Source of the DNA: Macrostomum lignano
Taxonomy: Eukaryota
Reading direction: 5' to 3'
DNA: 64,000 bases
Assembly (NCBI GenBank): GCA_002269645.1
Contig: NIVC01002925.1
Span: 1-64,000 of the forward strand
Shown: in pieces, positions 38,501 through 56,782 of the stretch
Layout of the letters: every line of letters begins with the position of its first letter
Numbering within the stretch: position 1 is the stretch's first letter
Position numbers and translations under genes: made by a program
The notes under the pieces: model-generated
Databases searched by the model: none
What the model was told of the DNA's origin: nothing
Seen by the model: only the letters and a program-made list of their open reading frames with translations

Positions 38501-41500
38501 CAACCGGCGAGAGGCATTGCTGCCCATTCCGCCGACTCCCCTGAGCAGGCACAGAGGCGCGCAGATACGCACGCAGTCATACGCACACACACTCACACAG
38601 GAGTGTACAGCGGCCCTAACTTTATTTATCGTTAGGCATGTACACTTCACTGCGTTAATCGCACGAGCAGAGCCAAGCCGAGATTCCAATTTAGCCTCAA
38701 ATTAGTGTGACTGCACTTGGAATCGAGCCTGGGCCGCTGGCACATCAGAGCACCGCGCTGGACCTCTGATGTCAGTCAAAACAGCTGAACTCACACAGCA
38801 CTGCGACTGTTGCTGACCGCTCGAACGAGCCCAGTTTGCAAGCATATTTCCCAGAATGCAGGGGCTGAGCACTGTCGATTCGAACTGTTGATCCTTCTGA
38901 GCAGCTTCCGTTCGGAGAGCAGAGCCGCAGCTCAGACGAGTTGGAGGCCACATCATATCCGTCTTCATCGCATTTGATGGCGCAGCGCACAGTGAAGCTG
39001 GAGTTCTGCGCCACCAACTGAGGACTGTGCAATTCTAAAAGTTTTAGAACATTTTATGAATGTATAAGTGAATCGTGAAGCATAGAAATCATGGTTAACT
39101 TACTAATCGGCACAGTTTGGAGTGTTAGGTCCATGAAGTTCATGTACTCATTGTTCTCAATGTAGGCACTTCTTTTCAGAAGCAGCTGCCAGACCTGAAA
39201 AGGTAAGTCGGAACAGTGATGGTCAGCCATGCGCCGGAAGTTGCTATTTTTTAGAGCAGATCCTAGACCACATCGATTTTTTAATTCCAGAACATCATGA
39301 TGGAATTTTTATTGAATCAGAATGATCCGCCAAGTCCCATTACGGTAGGCAATGCAGACACCTGCGCTTTCTGCTGCAGAGAGGGAGATGGAGTAGCTAC
39401 CAACCCTCCTGCTCAAGCTTGTAGAGTGCTCAGGTCAATCTCACTGGTCGGAAGAAAAAGCTTCTGCCTTCCCCACCTGCCCAGCTGCTATGAGTCGTTT
39501 AGTAGGCGAACTTTGGAGTAGAGGTACTCAACTGAGAATCAGCACCCATTGTGAGCAGATTCTTGCAAACTACAATTTCATGATGGGCCAAACGAGCGAA
39601 GCACCTGTGGATGTAGTCTAACTCTGACTGACTCTTGTAGCTATCCCCATCTCCCCCAGACTCTCTAGGCCACTCCATTGTCTCCATCCACCACTGGAAA
39701 GTTTCTTGGTAGTTCGCGTTGACCTCTTACCCCGCCACTATTCATGGTCTTGATGAGTGCTGAACAGCTCTGACAATCATACATGTAAGTCTTGCGAGTT
39801 GATAATACTCGCAATCGATAAATCTCTTCGCAACGCTGTCACTCACTTCGGCAACGCAGCTCACAGTAAAATTTTCGCCAGGTTGAATTGCTCCTTGCTT
39901 CTCTGTCTGCCCACACAGACTCCAGAGATGAAATGAGCTATTGAACTGAGCACTCATGCTCTTCGAGGCGCAGTGGTTTCCGGAAAATATTTCATCGCTG
40001 CTGTTTGACGTGAAGATCTCGATCCCCTTTGCCCTCGTATAGTCTGCGTCTGGAATTAAACCGCGACTGCTCATGGATTTGGTGTGTTTGCAAAAGTGAT
40101 GCTGGGTAAAAAAGCATTTAATTTACTCTGCAGACCAACTTTGATTCTGCTTTCTTGAATTTGAAGAGGCTACTTCACTAATACGAGCAACATAATTTTG
40201 CAACGGGCCTAAAAACTAAAAATAACCATAGCGCTGGACAGGACAACACCTTCTTATTGAGAAGTTTTTTAACTTAATAGACTCCAGACAAAAACGATTC
40301 GGACTCAGATTTAGGTATGATTAATACTCATGAAGAAGTGAAAAGTCACTCACTGTTTCTGCTCTTCACAGTGACCGATCTGACGAGCACTGGCTCATCC
40401 AGCTTCACTGCGAACCAGTGAAACCCGCCGTCTGCTGAGCTACTGCGACTACTGTGAAAATACTTCCATGGTTCCAAGTTCACTTCCGCTTGAGCAGTTC
40501 TGTTATTAAAACAGGTGTCTCCGAATGCAGACGACTGCCAAGCACTCGATATGCGGCTCCTCCGGATAGGGAAGTCACCTGAAATGCGGCCTGATCTGCT
40601 GCCATTGATGGCTTCTACTGCCATCAGCCAGCCTTAAGCTGGCACAACTCCTTGCGAGAATTTTGTCCCAATCTGTGTACAAGAGGAGTCCCAGTGCAAC
40701 GCTAATTATCAAATGCTAAGCAATCGATTTGTCATCCAGAGTCCAGAATCAACTTATGGAATCTTTTGAATGATTCAGTACTGATGCAACACCAAGTCAT
40801 GTTTCTATTGATGAAAACTTACAAAACACCGTTAAGAACTTTGAGCTCTGCGAGCTGCCCAGCTTGCACGTGTAGTTTCCATGGTGCCACAGCTGCGCCC
40901 TGTGAATGACCGTCTCAGCTTGTCCAACGCAGCTTCCGTTTGGAAGGCAGAGCTCCAACTTCGGTGAGTATTCGGTTCGACCGTTGCAGTCCAACAGGCA
41001 GCGCACTGAGAATGCTGAGTGCTGCAGCACCGCCTTGGGGCTCTCGACTTCTGAAATGCAATGATTTGAGACACTTTTGAGACGAACTTCAGTCATTTTG
41101 CATGTACTGCTAGCGTTTCAACTTAGCACACATACCAGGACTTGGACACAACTCATGACAGCTCAGAAATCTTACTGATTTGCCCAGTCTGAAGCCTCAC
41201 GTCAGCAAAGCTCATGTGCCCGTCCGTGTCTTTAGACACGTTTCTTCGCAGGAGTAGACTTCGGACCTGCAGTTTAAATGCTCATCATTTCAGGTTGCTT
41301 TAGGAGACCATAAGACTCAAATCACTGCAGACATTTGATATATTTTTACCTCAGCAACGCATTTCACGTGAAACATTTCCCCATCTGCGACGTCTCCCTG
41401 CTTTTTAGTCACGCCGCATGGCCTCCAATGGTGCATCGAATTTTTAAACTGAAGGCTCATATTTCTGGTGTTGCAGTTGTCCCCATGGATCAGGGAGCTG

Positions 41501-44500
41501 CTAGAGTTGGAGGTAAATATTTCAATGTCCTTTGCTCGATTGTAAGTACTTGTCACACCGTCTGAAAATAAGATGAGGAGTTACTTATGATGTCGTTGAA
41601 ACGTATTACTGTACGGTGGAATCTTCAGAACAGGAGAATCAGTCCTTACAGAAGAAGCGTATAAATAAGTTGTCCTCACTCACCCTCTCTGCCCTTCAAA
41701 GTCACAGATCTGATGATCACTGGCTCATTCAGCTGCACGGCGAACCAGTGAAACCCGCCTTCTGCTTGGCTTCTGTTGGCGCTGTGGAAGAACTTGTAGC
41801 TGGTTTGCCTGTTGCTGATGATGGAGGCTTCGTCTGCCTGATTCCTGCTGTGGAAACACGTCGGACCATCGTCGAATGATGACTGCCACGAACTCAGAAG
41901 GCGACTTCGCCGAATTGGGAACTCACCTGATGAAGGTGAGTTAATCAATTGTGCGATTGAGCAACACTGAGCAACACTGAGCAACATTGAGCAACATTGA
42001 GCAACACTGAGCAACACTGAGCAACACTGAGCAACATTGAGCAACACTGAGCAACACTGAGCAACACTGAGCAACATTGAGCAACACTGAGCAACACTGA
42101 GCAACACTGAGCAACATTGAGCAACATTGAGCAACATTGGGCAACACTGAGCAACACTGAAAAACACTGAGCAACACTGAGCAACACTGAGCAGCATTGA
42201 GCAACACTGAGAAATATTGAGCAACACTGAGCAACACTGAGCAACACTGAGCAACACTGAGCAACACTGAGAAATATTGAGCAACATTGAGCAACACTGA
42301 GCAACATTGAGCAACACTGAGCAACATTGAGCAACATTGAACAATACAGCCTACTTTCTACTTACAAAGAACAAAGACTTCTGTCTCGATCTCAATGACG
42401 TCATATCTGCAAGTATAAGCTCCGGAGTGCATTGCCTGAGCTCTGTCCACTTGCAGACTTGAATTTGTCAGGCAGCTCCCATTCGGAGGGCACAGCCGGA
42501 GGTCGCCACCCAATAAGCGATCTGAGCATTGCGATGCTTTTCCGCAGTGCAGCGAGCAGCTCACGGTGAAGTTTGCGTTTTCGGAAACTTTCTGGCTTGG
42601 AGATGAAGCTGGAAATTTAATAAAGTTCAGATTCATAAATTTTGTCAAACTGAGCTATTTCTATTTTATTGTAATCCCTACACTCTTGGGTGAATAAAAC
42701 CTCCGTGTCCTATTGAATGCATTCTCGCCATCGACAGTGTAAGAATGTAAGAAACTGAAGTTAGCTAATGAGTGACTCACTCAATCAGTCAATGAGTGTT
42801 GCTCAGGTTTTGCTCATGCTTATGCAGGCATGCTCATACGTCTTTATCCAAGCTCAGGTTTAAATTGCATGTTGGAAAGAATGTGAGCATAGAGCAGTCT
42901 CTCACATAGGACTGCGATTGAAGACGATTTATTTATTGAGCCTATGCTGCAGGTGCAGGTCAATTGAAATGCGCTCTTATTGCGGTCACACCATGGATGA
43001 AGGAGTCCATCATCCATGTAAGATTCCTTCATCCATGAGTCACACAGAGTGCTGAGTTAAAGCGCTCTTACCCAGAACAGCTACTTCAGTTGACTTGGAA
43101 ACCGAGCCGAACTTGCAGGAGTAGCTGCCCGAGTGCTCAGGCTGCACATCGGCAATAAAATATTTCAAATTTGAGACGCAGGTTCCATTTGGAATGCAGA
43201 GCTGCAGCTCGCTTGAGTTCGTACTCAGCTTTGAGCCGTTGCACTGCTGCAGCCAGCAGCTTACCGTGAAATTGGAGCCCACAGCAACCACTTGAGGACT
43301 CTCTAATTCTGAAAAGTACAGTCAGCATTTTGGTGACATTTCAATATAAAATATGGCCTAATTGCAAATCATAATTAGCTGCACACTGGGTGTATAAAAG
43401 AAATATAAAGCTGATAATCAACTCCGAGGTGTATCTTCAGGCTTGTTGTGGATCAAGGACAATTAGTTCTGGGTGTTAAATAGCATGCGCTCGTAGAGAG
43501 CCCCAGGAGCTCAGCAGTAAAGGCACCTGCCTCTCGCGCCGCGACCCCTGGTTCGATTCCGTGCGCTGCCACTTTCATTTGAGGCTTCTGACTTCAGATT
43601 CGCAACCCATGAGTACCACCCCCCCCCCCCAAGGAACAGAGAGTGTATATGCCTGACGATTGGAAAGTCAAAGTCAAAGTCAAAAATTCATCCATCTTCA
43701 TCTCCATTCATCTTCATCCATCAACCTACTCAGCGACACAGTCTGAAGTCTCAAGTCGGCGAAGTTCATGTAGTTCTGCCCCTCTGCCGACTGGGGTCTC
43801 CGCAGCAGCAGATGTCGAACCTGAAATTTTTTGGTTAAAACTGATTCTTCTGTGGTGATTTCGGGTGCACGGCGTACTTGCACTCAATTTTGTCCCTGGT
43901 TACTGGCCTTCAGTCTGTGCGTGAGGTAAGGCCGGCTGGTCCGTCTCGGGAAACAACATTTTGCATTGCAGAAAAAATAAAATGACTCACGAGAGTGAGA
44001 GACTCATGAGAGACTCAGCACTCACCTCTGCCACACAGATCACAGTGACATTTTCCCCGGCAGTGATGTTCCCTTGCTGCTTGCTTTTTGTATTGCCGCA
44101 CAATTTCCACTGCTCACGCGAGTCGTTGAACTGCCTGCTCATGCTGCTTGAAGTGCAGTGGTCAACACCGGAGAACATCTCGCTGCTGTTTCCGGATGTG
44201 AATATTTCAATGCTGCTCGCCCGCAGGTGGTCAGACAGGTGCGAAATTGTGACTGAAGATTCGATGCGACAAACAGTAAATACTAAATCTTCACTTCACA
44301 AATACGAAATTATCAATCCTATCATTTTACCTTGCCGAGCCTTCACAGTCACAGATCTGATGAGCACTGTCTCATTCAGCTGCACAGCGAACCAGTGAAA
44401 CCCGCCGTCTGCTGAGCTCTTGTCAGCGCTGTGAAAGAATTTGCAGGTAGCTTTTGTTTCCTGCATTGCTGCATCTTCATCAGTTTGATTTCTGTTGTAG

Positions 44501-45253
44501 AAGCAGGTCGGACCGTCGCCAAACGACGACTGCCAGGTGCTCAGCACGCGGCTCCTGCGAATCGGGAGCTCACCTGCACAGGGGCGTCGCCATGGTTTTT
44601 ATGGTAAGTCAATAGCTCCCATGACTAAATTTCTAAAACATAAGAATACATTCCAACATTATTATGGAAATACGTGCTGTTAGCATTCATTTTGGCGCCG
44701 CAGGCACTCATTTTGGCGCCGCGAGCACTCATTTTGGCGCCGCGGGCACTCATTTTGGCGCCGCGGACACTCATTTTGGCGCCGCGGGCACTCATTTTGG
44801 CGCCGCGGGCACTCATTTTGGCACCGCAGGCACTCATTTTGGCACCGCAGGCACTCATTTTGGCGCCGCAGGCACCCTGTTTTCCGCCGTAGGCACTCAT
44901 TTTGGCGCCGCAGACAGGCACCCATTTTGGCGCCGAGGGTCTCATTTTGGCGCCGAGGGTCTCATTTTGGCGCCGAGAGCCTCATTTTGGCGCTGCAGGC
45001 GCTATATTTTAACACCCTAAAACAAAATTTTTGATTTCCATGACGGGTCACCAAGTGTCGCGGGAGGGGCAAAGCATTAGCATGCCCCCCATAGCTTTTA
45101 CTGGGTGGACATGCCCTCCTGCGCCCTCCCCTTCTGCGGAAAAAAATATTTTGAAATTTTTGAAAACACGTCATCGAACTCACAGTCTTCGGTCGCTCCT
45201 GTTCGGTGCAGTGCCAGAAACAATACAACCACCATGAGTTCAAATGCTGCCAT
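32577..45253 (-). CDS. Receptor R4 (largest): SP - FTP - Ig x2 - FTP - Ig - FTP - Ig x5 - membrane-proximal domain - TM - class I tail
   Basis: Exons: SP 45253-45184; lectin 44573-44331, 44252-44026, 43820-43730; Ig 43308-43072, 42608-42366; lectin 41926-41684, 41561-41350, 41266-41176; Ig 41050-40823; lectin 40578-40354, 40049-39847, 39194-39104; Ig 39034-38795, 38237-38004, 37082-36849, 36739-36491, 34192-33956; fused domain+TM exon 33870-33407; tail 33320-33213 and 32726-32577 (EPECSYMLV...CTVYEEIVGDGD*). All exon lengths fit phase. No internal signal exon was seen, but two genes cannot be excluded. Confidence 0.78.
34450..34640 (+). mobile_element. CORE-like SINE fragment (same family as 52980-53225)
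   Basis: TGTGTCCTTGAACAAGACAC...TTGCTTCAGTTCACCCAGCTGTAAAATGGGTACC is shared with the 53 kb copy. Confidence 0.65.
35219..35948 (+). CDS. Intronless secreted PAN/Apple + C-type lectin-like protein, antisense within an R4 intron; one frameshift near 35705
   Basis: Signal MPHLLGLVAAAALLTAASA; DCASLCDSKLDCQAFSLADGPCQL (PAN Cys pattern); CPAGFSDDLCG, MLGG, WFW, WLTGQPDD, LND (CTLD motifs). The two ORFs 35219-35830 and 35715-35948 join by removing one base near AACAACCGACACC. Confidence 0.75.
38320..38378 (-). pseudogene. tRNA-like head (pseudo-tRNA or SINE 5' end)
   Basis: Minus strand GCCAAGTGGTAAAGCGTCTGACTCTTGCATCAAAGTCCCTGGTTCGATTCC has A- and B-box-like motifs; anticodon stem imperfect. 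Confidence 0.45.
38440..38767 (-). mobile_element. SINE copy (same family as 14184-14528) in an R4 intron
   Basis: Reverse complement matches CCAGGCTCGATTCCAAGTGCAGTCAC...GGGCCGCTGTACACTCCTGTG...CACAACCC, with a (TAA)n tail. Confidence 0.8.
41957..42340. repeat. 10-bp minisatellite (CTGAGCAACA type), about 38 units, in the R4 intron paralogous to 9802-10891
   Basis: Read directly. Confidence 0.97.
43495..43665 (+). mobile_element. tRNA-headed SINE fragment
   Basis: GAGCTCAGCAGTAAAGGCAC...GGTTCGATTCC head plus the GAGAGTGTATATGCCTGACGATTGGAAAGTC core seen in other copies. Confidence 0.6.
44682..44995. repeat. 21-bp minisatellite (CACTCATTTTGGCGCCGCGGG type) in R4 intron 1
   Basis: Read directly. 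Confidence 0.93.
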
Positions 45254-45554
45254 GGCGTTGAGATTTGCCGAATCAAATTTTCGGCAGTGACCAGCGCAGA
45301 CCTCAGTTGCCGTGCGGGCTGGAATTTCAGTCTGTTTGCGGAAGCGTCCACTGCAACTCGTAAACAGTTCGGCAACGCTCTCCGCGTTGGTCAGCGTGCC
45401 AAGTCCTGGCCATTCTTATTTTAAATGAAAATGCTCTATTTTGGGTTTTGGGAATGTATTTTTAGCTACACCAATACCACAGGCGCCTCAAATGAGTTAT
45501 AATATCAGCACCCTTGCTCAAACGTCGATCTGGTACGGAAGTTTCAAGTGTGCA

Positions 45555-46008
<454 letters not shown>

Positions 46009-46407
46009 CTGTGTCACTTTCCGATAAGCTTCCGATCTATTTCCAGGAACAGGCCCCTCAAAACAGCCCAATCATCAGTTCTAAGTAAACATCCTGCAAG
46101 AAATCAAGCCATGTGTCCAGGGCTAAACTGTCCATTTAAAGCCACTTCTGAGTTAAAAGCAGAAAATTAATGCTTTATTGGCGCACATGTTTAGCGAAAC
46201 TTGATTGAAAAAGTTTGATTAAAAATCTATAAGTTCAAAGTAACATTAACAAAAAGTCAATGATATTCACGTTTTGCTGATATCATATTGTTTTTCGTAT
46301 ATGTTAAATTAATTAGAAGCAAGAAGGCAGGTGTGGAGGACCATCAGGTATTTTGGTGATTCGTCACTTAAATCCTTCAACTGTGAGCTTTTGAGTACAC
46401 ACCGAAC

Positions 46408-49400
46408 TTATGAGTCTTCAATCTCTCCATCAGCCAGAATCTCAATAAACTCGGTGCATTCGCTGGCAGAGTCCTGCAAATCGGCTGTGGTGGCCTCTGC
46501 CTGACCTCCAGGTGGGATTATTGTTAAGTAGCTGCACTCTGGCAGCTCCTCCGTGCAACAGCAGGCCTGCAAATGTTTCAGTGCGGTGCTTGTGTAGGTC
46601 CGGGTAGAAACACCCACCGTCCCACAACCAGCGTTAAGGCAATTCTGCCCATTCCACTGACTAATGAGCACCTACTTTAATACTGTATGCAGGCACGCCC
46701 TCACACGCTCACACAGGGTGTACAGCGGCCTGACTTTCTAATCGTCAGGCATGTACACTCTCTGTGCCGGGGGGGGGTTGGCCCTCATGGCTGTGAATCG
46801 AGCCTGAGCCCCTGGCCAATTTTGAGCACAAGCCCTAAATGAATGCAGCCGCGCACCAAGCAAGGGGTCGTGTCGCGAGGGTCGGACGCGTTTGTTGAAT
46901 CTGCCGAGCATGAACTTTTGTTGTTTGATTATTTTTTGCCTTAGGTATACTTGCTGTACAAGCAAACCCGAGCGTAGAGAGCAATGAGAAATTAAAAAGT
47001 TGAAAAGGAACTGAGAGATTCGGACGAACTCTGGACAGTGGACATTGTCGGATCGAAGTCATCGGCATAACCAATGTCGACTCCAAACACACTATTGACT
47101 CTATGTGACTGGCCTCATCAAGAACGGAGGTGCTATTTTTGGACGGAGTAGCAAACTTCGCCGTGGACATTGTGCAGAACCGATTTGGCATGTTCGCGTA
47201 CTCGGATGCTGTAACAAAGACAACCCGCTAAATCAAAGTCACGCGTACGACAGCAAACACTGACCGCGCTTCAATTCGTTCAAGTCCTAAGCCGTGATAC
47301 GAAGAACGCTGGCTTCCTTCTCACTCATGACGACTTTGTCAAATATGCTATGAACGGTGATTCAACCGCGCCTGAGAAACCTGAGCATCATCATCCTCTT
47401 GAGTTGAGTTGAGGGGAGTCAAACTCCGCCCAGGAGTGCTTGAGTACAGGCAGTGCTGCACTCATGGGAGTACGCTGGCGCTGCAGTTGAAGCTGTGGAA
47501 CAGATCGGAAGTTCATGAAGTGCGCATGATGACCATATCCAACGCAGCAAGTGTCATCAAAGCTGGGGGTGGGGGCTAGCCCAAGCTGCGGGTGGCCCAG
47601 TCAACAACTGGACTAATCTACTACCGGACGTGACGCCTGGAATGCCCACGAGGCCAGTTCCAACTTGACTATTGACACTCGGAATGCCGACGAGAGCAGT
47701 TCCAACTTGACTAATGACACTCGGAATGCCAACGAGAGCAGTTCCAACTTGACTAATGACACTCGGAATGCCGACGAGAGCAGTTCCAACTTGACTAATG
47801 ACACTCGGAATGCCGACGAGAGCAGTTCCAACTTGACTAATGACACTCGGAATGCCGACGAGAGCAGTTCCAACTTGACTAATGACACTCGTAATGCCGA
47901 CGAGAGCAGTTCCAACTTGACTAATGACACTCGGAATGCCGACGAGAGCAGTTCCAACTTGACTAATGACACTCGGAATGCCGACGAGAGCAGTTCCAAC
48001 TTGACTAATGACACTCGGAATGCCGACGAGAGCAGTTCCAACTTGACTAATGACACTCGGAATGCCGACGAGAGCAGTTCCAACTTGACTAATGACACTC
48101 GGAATGCCGACGAGAGCAGTTCCAACTTGACTAATGACACTCGGAATGCCGACGAGAGCAGTTCCAACTTGACTAATGACACTCGGAATGCCGACGAGAG
48201 CAGTTCCTACTTGACTAATGACACTCGGAATGCCGACGAGAGCAGTTCCAACTTGACTAATGACACTCGGAATGCCGACGAGAGCAGTTCCAACTTGACT
48301 AATGACACTCGGAATGCCGACGAGAGCAGTTCCAACTTGACTAATGACACTCGGAATGCCGACGAGAGCAGTTCCAACTTGATTATTGACACTCGGAATG
48401 CCGACGAGAGCAGTTCCAACTTGACTAATGACACTCGGAATGCCGACGAGAGCAGTTCCAACTTGAAAATCAAAATCAAATCAAACAACAAAAGTTCAAG
48501 CTTCATAGATCCAACAGCGTTTACTGCTGAGCTTCTCTGCCCCCAATGAAGTCCGGTTACTTGTTTATATCTTTCGGAACTCATTTTAGATATAAGGTAT
48601 CAGTTACTGAAAGTAGAGATAGAAATTTAGCAGAATTTTTATGTAAAACAAAAAATATCCATAAAAATTTTGTTCACACTGTGTAACAGTTCGTGTAACT
48701 CACAAACAGGAATAATTCAAAATTTGAGTTCAATAGTTTTTTAAATGACTGGTTGCAAATATTTCTTAAAAAGAAAATAAAACGCATGGCACTCACAGCA
48801 TCTGTCGGCTGCGCATCGTACGGGATCATCATGGAGTTGACCTGCACAATTGAGTAGATCTTCAGCCTGGCAGATGGCGAACTTCTGGAACGAGACCGCC
48901 TGGAAATCCGCTGCAACATGAATAGCATTGAGCAGTGAATCATGCAGTTAAGGGAAGAATAAAGGTCGAAGTGTCCAACAGTTTCTCACCACGGCCGCAA
49001 CCGCAACCAACACAGCAGACAGGGCGACTGCACCGCCAATTGTGGCAGCGGCAATCGCAATGGACAGGGAACTCAAAATCTCCGGTTCTGTGCAGATGGC
49101 TTCCACAGACTCCTGACTCAATACCCGAAAGCCGAGCTGCTGCGGGAGCTGCTGCTGAGCGATGCACTTTATGGAGATGACACCGCCGCTTTGCAGGCTC
49201 GAGTCCGGGACCCACTGGCTGATGGTTCCGTTCTCGCTAGAGCTCTGCAAGCCCGCACCCGTCACAGTCAATTGAGCAAATAAAGGTTAATTTTGGATTG
49301 ACGAATTTAAGACCAACCTGGTGAATGAGTGTGAGATTCTGCATTTCAATTCCAGCAGCTTCTGCGCCGCATCTGTGCTCGGAGATTGGCTCAGACTCTG

Positions 49401-51836
49401 TTGATGTAAACTGCACGATGACATCTGACAGGTTCTGACAGCTGTTGAAATTCAGCACTGACACTGACACTCTCGATGGGGGGTCTGAAAAATATTAAAT
49501 CTGAGTGCATGTTGAGCCACCTGTGATATCCTGTCTGTAATAAGAAACTTTTGAAGAGAATTTAAAGAGCTCACACAGCACGGTGACCGAAGTTCGAGAC
49601 TCCACAGAGCCCAGTCTGCAGGTGTAGTTTCCAGAGTGCAGAGGCTGCGCCACAGCAACGGCCATCCTGTGACTGCCTGTGCAGCTGCCGTTCAGCAAGC
49701 AGAGATGCAGTCCGCTTGAGTTTGAGCACAGATCTGAGCCGTTGCAGTGCAGCGAGCAGCTCATAGTGAGCTTGGAGCCCTTCATCACAACTTGACGCGG
49801 GGAGACTGCTGCAAAAGTCAGTAAGTTACCGAATTAGAATTCAAAATAAAAATCGTCATATTTATCAATAACGAATAAAAGATTGACAAGATATGCTTTT
49901 CTCAGGATTACTTGACACCATCATTAAATTAAAGGCATCGATTTGGATCTGACAGAAATGTGTCAGTAGAAAATGAAAGTGACATGCCTGACAGCCCATC
50001 CCAAGTCACACAGTCACGCACTCACAGCACAGAGACAGGCTTGCCAGCTTATGCCAAGTCTGCACTCACACAGCACAGAGACATGCTTGCCAGCTTATGC
50101 CAAGTCTGCACTCACACAGCACAGAGACATGCTTGCCAGCTTATGCCAAGTCTGCACTCACACAGCACAGAGACATGCTTGCCAGCCCATGCCAAGTCTG
50201 CACTCACACAGCACAGAGACAGGCTTGCCAGCCCATGCCAAGTCTGCACTCACACAGCACAGAGACAGGCTTGCCAGCCCATGCCAAGTCTGCACTCACA
50301 CAGCACAGAGACAGGCTTGCCAGCCCATGCCAAGTCTGCACTCACACAGCACAGAGACATGCTTGCCAGCCCATGCCAAGTCTGCACTCACACAGCACAG
50401 AGACAGGCTTGCCAGCCCATGCCAAGTCTGCACTCACACAGCACAGAGACAGGCTTGCCAGCCCATGCCAAGTCTGCACTCACACAGCACAGAGACAGGC
50501 TTGCCAGCTTATGCCAAGTCTGCACTCACACAGCACAGAGACAGGCTTGCCAGCCCATGCCAAGTCTGCACTCACACAGCACAGAGACTGCAGTGCGCAT
50601 CTCCACAGAGCCCAGTCTGCAGGTGTAGCTTCCAGCGTGTTGAGGCTGCGCTCTGGGAACCCGCAGCTCCCGTGATGCATTGCAGCTGCCGTTCGGAAAG
50701 CAGAGCTGCATCAGAGCTGCTAAGCCAGCATCTGACTGGTCTGTGCAGCCCAATGAGCAATTCACTGTGAAGCTGGAGTTCTCCGCAACGAGTTGAGCTT
50801 CTGAGATCCCTAAAACGTAAAGTTGTTCACAGGTAGCAGCAGTTCAGGTACGATATTTCTGACATTTGAGCAGCTGCAATCACCACAGTCGTGACTTACT
50901 CAGCTGCAACTTTTGAAGCCGGAGGTCAGCGAAACTCATGTAGTCAAGAGAGCTCGAGACGTCCGCGTTTGTTATGCTTCTTCTAAGAAGAATGTACCTC
51001 ACCTGAGAATTTGTTATTGAAAAACAACTTTCTAACAACTCTGCAGCAGGTTGTTTATTCTACTTAATAAGATTATTTATTATCCATCATTATAGAGTTT
51101 GCTAGTAAATATATACAGGCAGTTTAAATTTGAAATGTATTCACCTCAGCCATGCAATCCACTGTGAAATTTTCACCAGCGGAAATTCTTGGGCCGCCCT
51201 CAGTCAGCCCGCACCGTCTCCAGAGATGCAGTGATGCATTGAACTGGCTGCTCATGCTCCTTGAACTGCAGTGATCTCCTGAGAACAGCTGGCTGCTGCT
51301 GTCTGATGTCCAGATCACAATGCCTCTGGCTCTTTTAAAGACTTTCGATGCACCATCTGGAATGCGAGAGCACCGTGAGCAGAGACAGCAGACTTGGAGC
51401 ACGCATTTGAGTGAGTGACTCACCCTCTCTGCCCTTCACAGTCACAGATCTGATGAGCACTGGCTCATTCAGCTGCACTGCAAACCAGTGAAACCCGCCG
51501 TCTGCTGAGCTCTGGCCAGCGCTGTGGAAGAACCGGTAGCTAAAGGTTTTGTTTTTGAGCACGGATTCCTCATCAGTGTGGCTTCTGTTGTAAAAGCAAG
51601 TTTGGCCGTCGCCAAAAGACGACTGCCAGGAGCTCAGCACGCGGCTCCTGCGAATGGGGAACTCGCCTGCAATAATGAGCACAGATTGAGCACTTACATT
51701 CTTTTTATTCATGCTGACATTCATTGCTCATGCAGAACTCACAGTTTGCTCCAACTTCAGCATGCGCGGCTGTCTGGACCAGCAGCAGCAGCAGCAGCAG
51801 CAGCAACAGGTCTGCCATTGCGAACCAGACCTCCAT
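46408..51836 (-). CDS. Receptor R3: SP - FTP - Ig x2 - membrane-proximal domain - TM - class I tail
   Basis: Exons: SP 51836-51743; lectin 51666-51424, 51356-51145, 51002-50900; Ig 50809-50576, 49808-49575; 49484-49318; TM exon 49244-48990 (ILSSLSIAIAAATIGGAVALSAVLVAVAAV); tail 48910-48797 and 46566-46408 (LPECSYLTII...SECTEFIEILADGEIEDS*). All phases are consistent. Confidence 0.85.
46690..46830 (-). mobile_element. Partial SINE (GAGAGTGTACATGCCTGACGATTAGAAAGTC core); similar pieces at about 2140-2200, 31120-31210 and 58085-58230
   Basis: Core sequence match read by eye. Confidence 0.6.
47655..48465. repeat. 42-bp minisatellite, about 19 units, in the R3 tail intron
   Basis: Unit TTGACTAATGACACTCGGAATGCCGACGAGAGCAGTTCCAAC. 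Confidence 0.95.
50017..50588. repeat. 46-bp minisatellite, about 12 units, containing the R3 Ig1 exon end and its 5' splice site
   Basis: Minus-strand unit GTCTCTGTGCTGT|GTGAGTGCAGACTTGGCATGGGCTGGCAAGCCT. Confidence 0.93.
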
Positions 51837-52099
51837 TGCTTGGCATGTTTGAATACGAGCCGTAGATTATATAAACTTTGTCAGTTTGAAATGTTTAACT
51901 TCGGGAAATATGTTTCTGTTTAAAACCCAAATTCGCAAGTGATATTTAAAATTATAGTTTTGTATTTTATAAATAAGCCAGCAACATCACCCCCATCAAC
52001 ACTTGGTTTATCTTATCTTATGTGTTAAATATAGCCTGTTTGTGTGTCATTTCAAATGTTGAATTTAAGAAAAGTTTCGTAAATAATTCGTAATATTTG

Positions 52100-52423
<324 letters not shown>

Positions 52424-52635
52424 AGACGCATTAATAGCCGTTGCTTCTTTGGAGTTTAAACTCTCTTGCATTTTATTTACAGCGCCATTTAAATACTTCA
52501 ATTCCTGTAATTCACTCATGCATACGACTGCTTTAACTCTGAAATTCTTACAATATGAACTGGCAATGGCTAAATTTACATATTGAATTCTATCTAATAA
52601 TAAAATATTGATTATAGTTTGAGCAGTTGATCATG

Positions 52636-56782
<4,147 letters not shown>

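Noticed and set aside
39300-39740. Possible gene fragment in the R4 intron
   Set aside because: Short broken frames with no recognisable motif; cannot be assigned without a database search.
47665-48549. 294-aa plus-strand TNDTRNADESSSNL protein
   Set aside because: Pure 42-bp repeat translation with no signal peptide or splice context, lying antisense in an R3 intron.
49960-50770. Cys/His-rich plus-strand ORFs as a zinc-finger protein
   Set aside because: Three-frame cycling of a 46-bp repeat that is antisense to R3.
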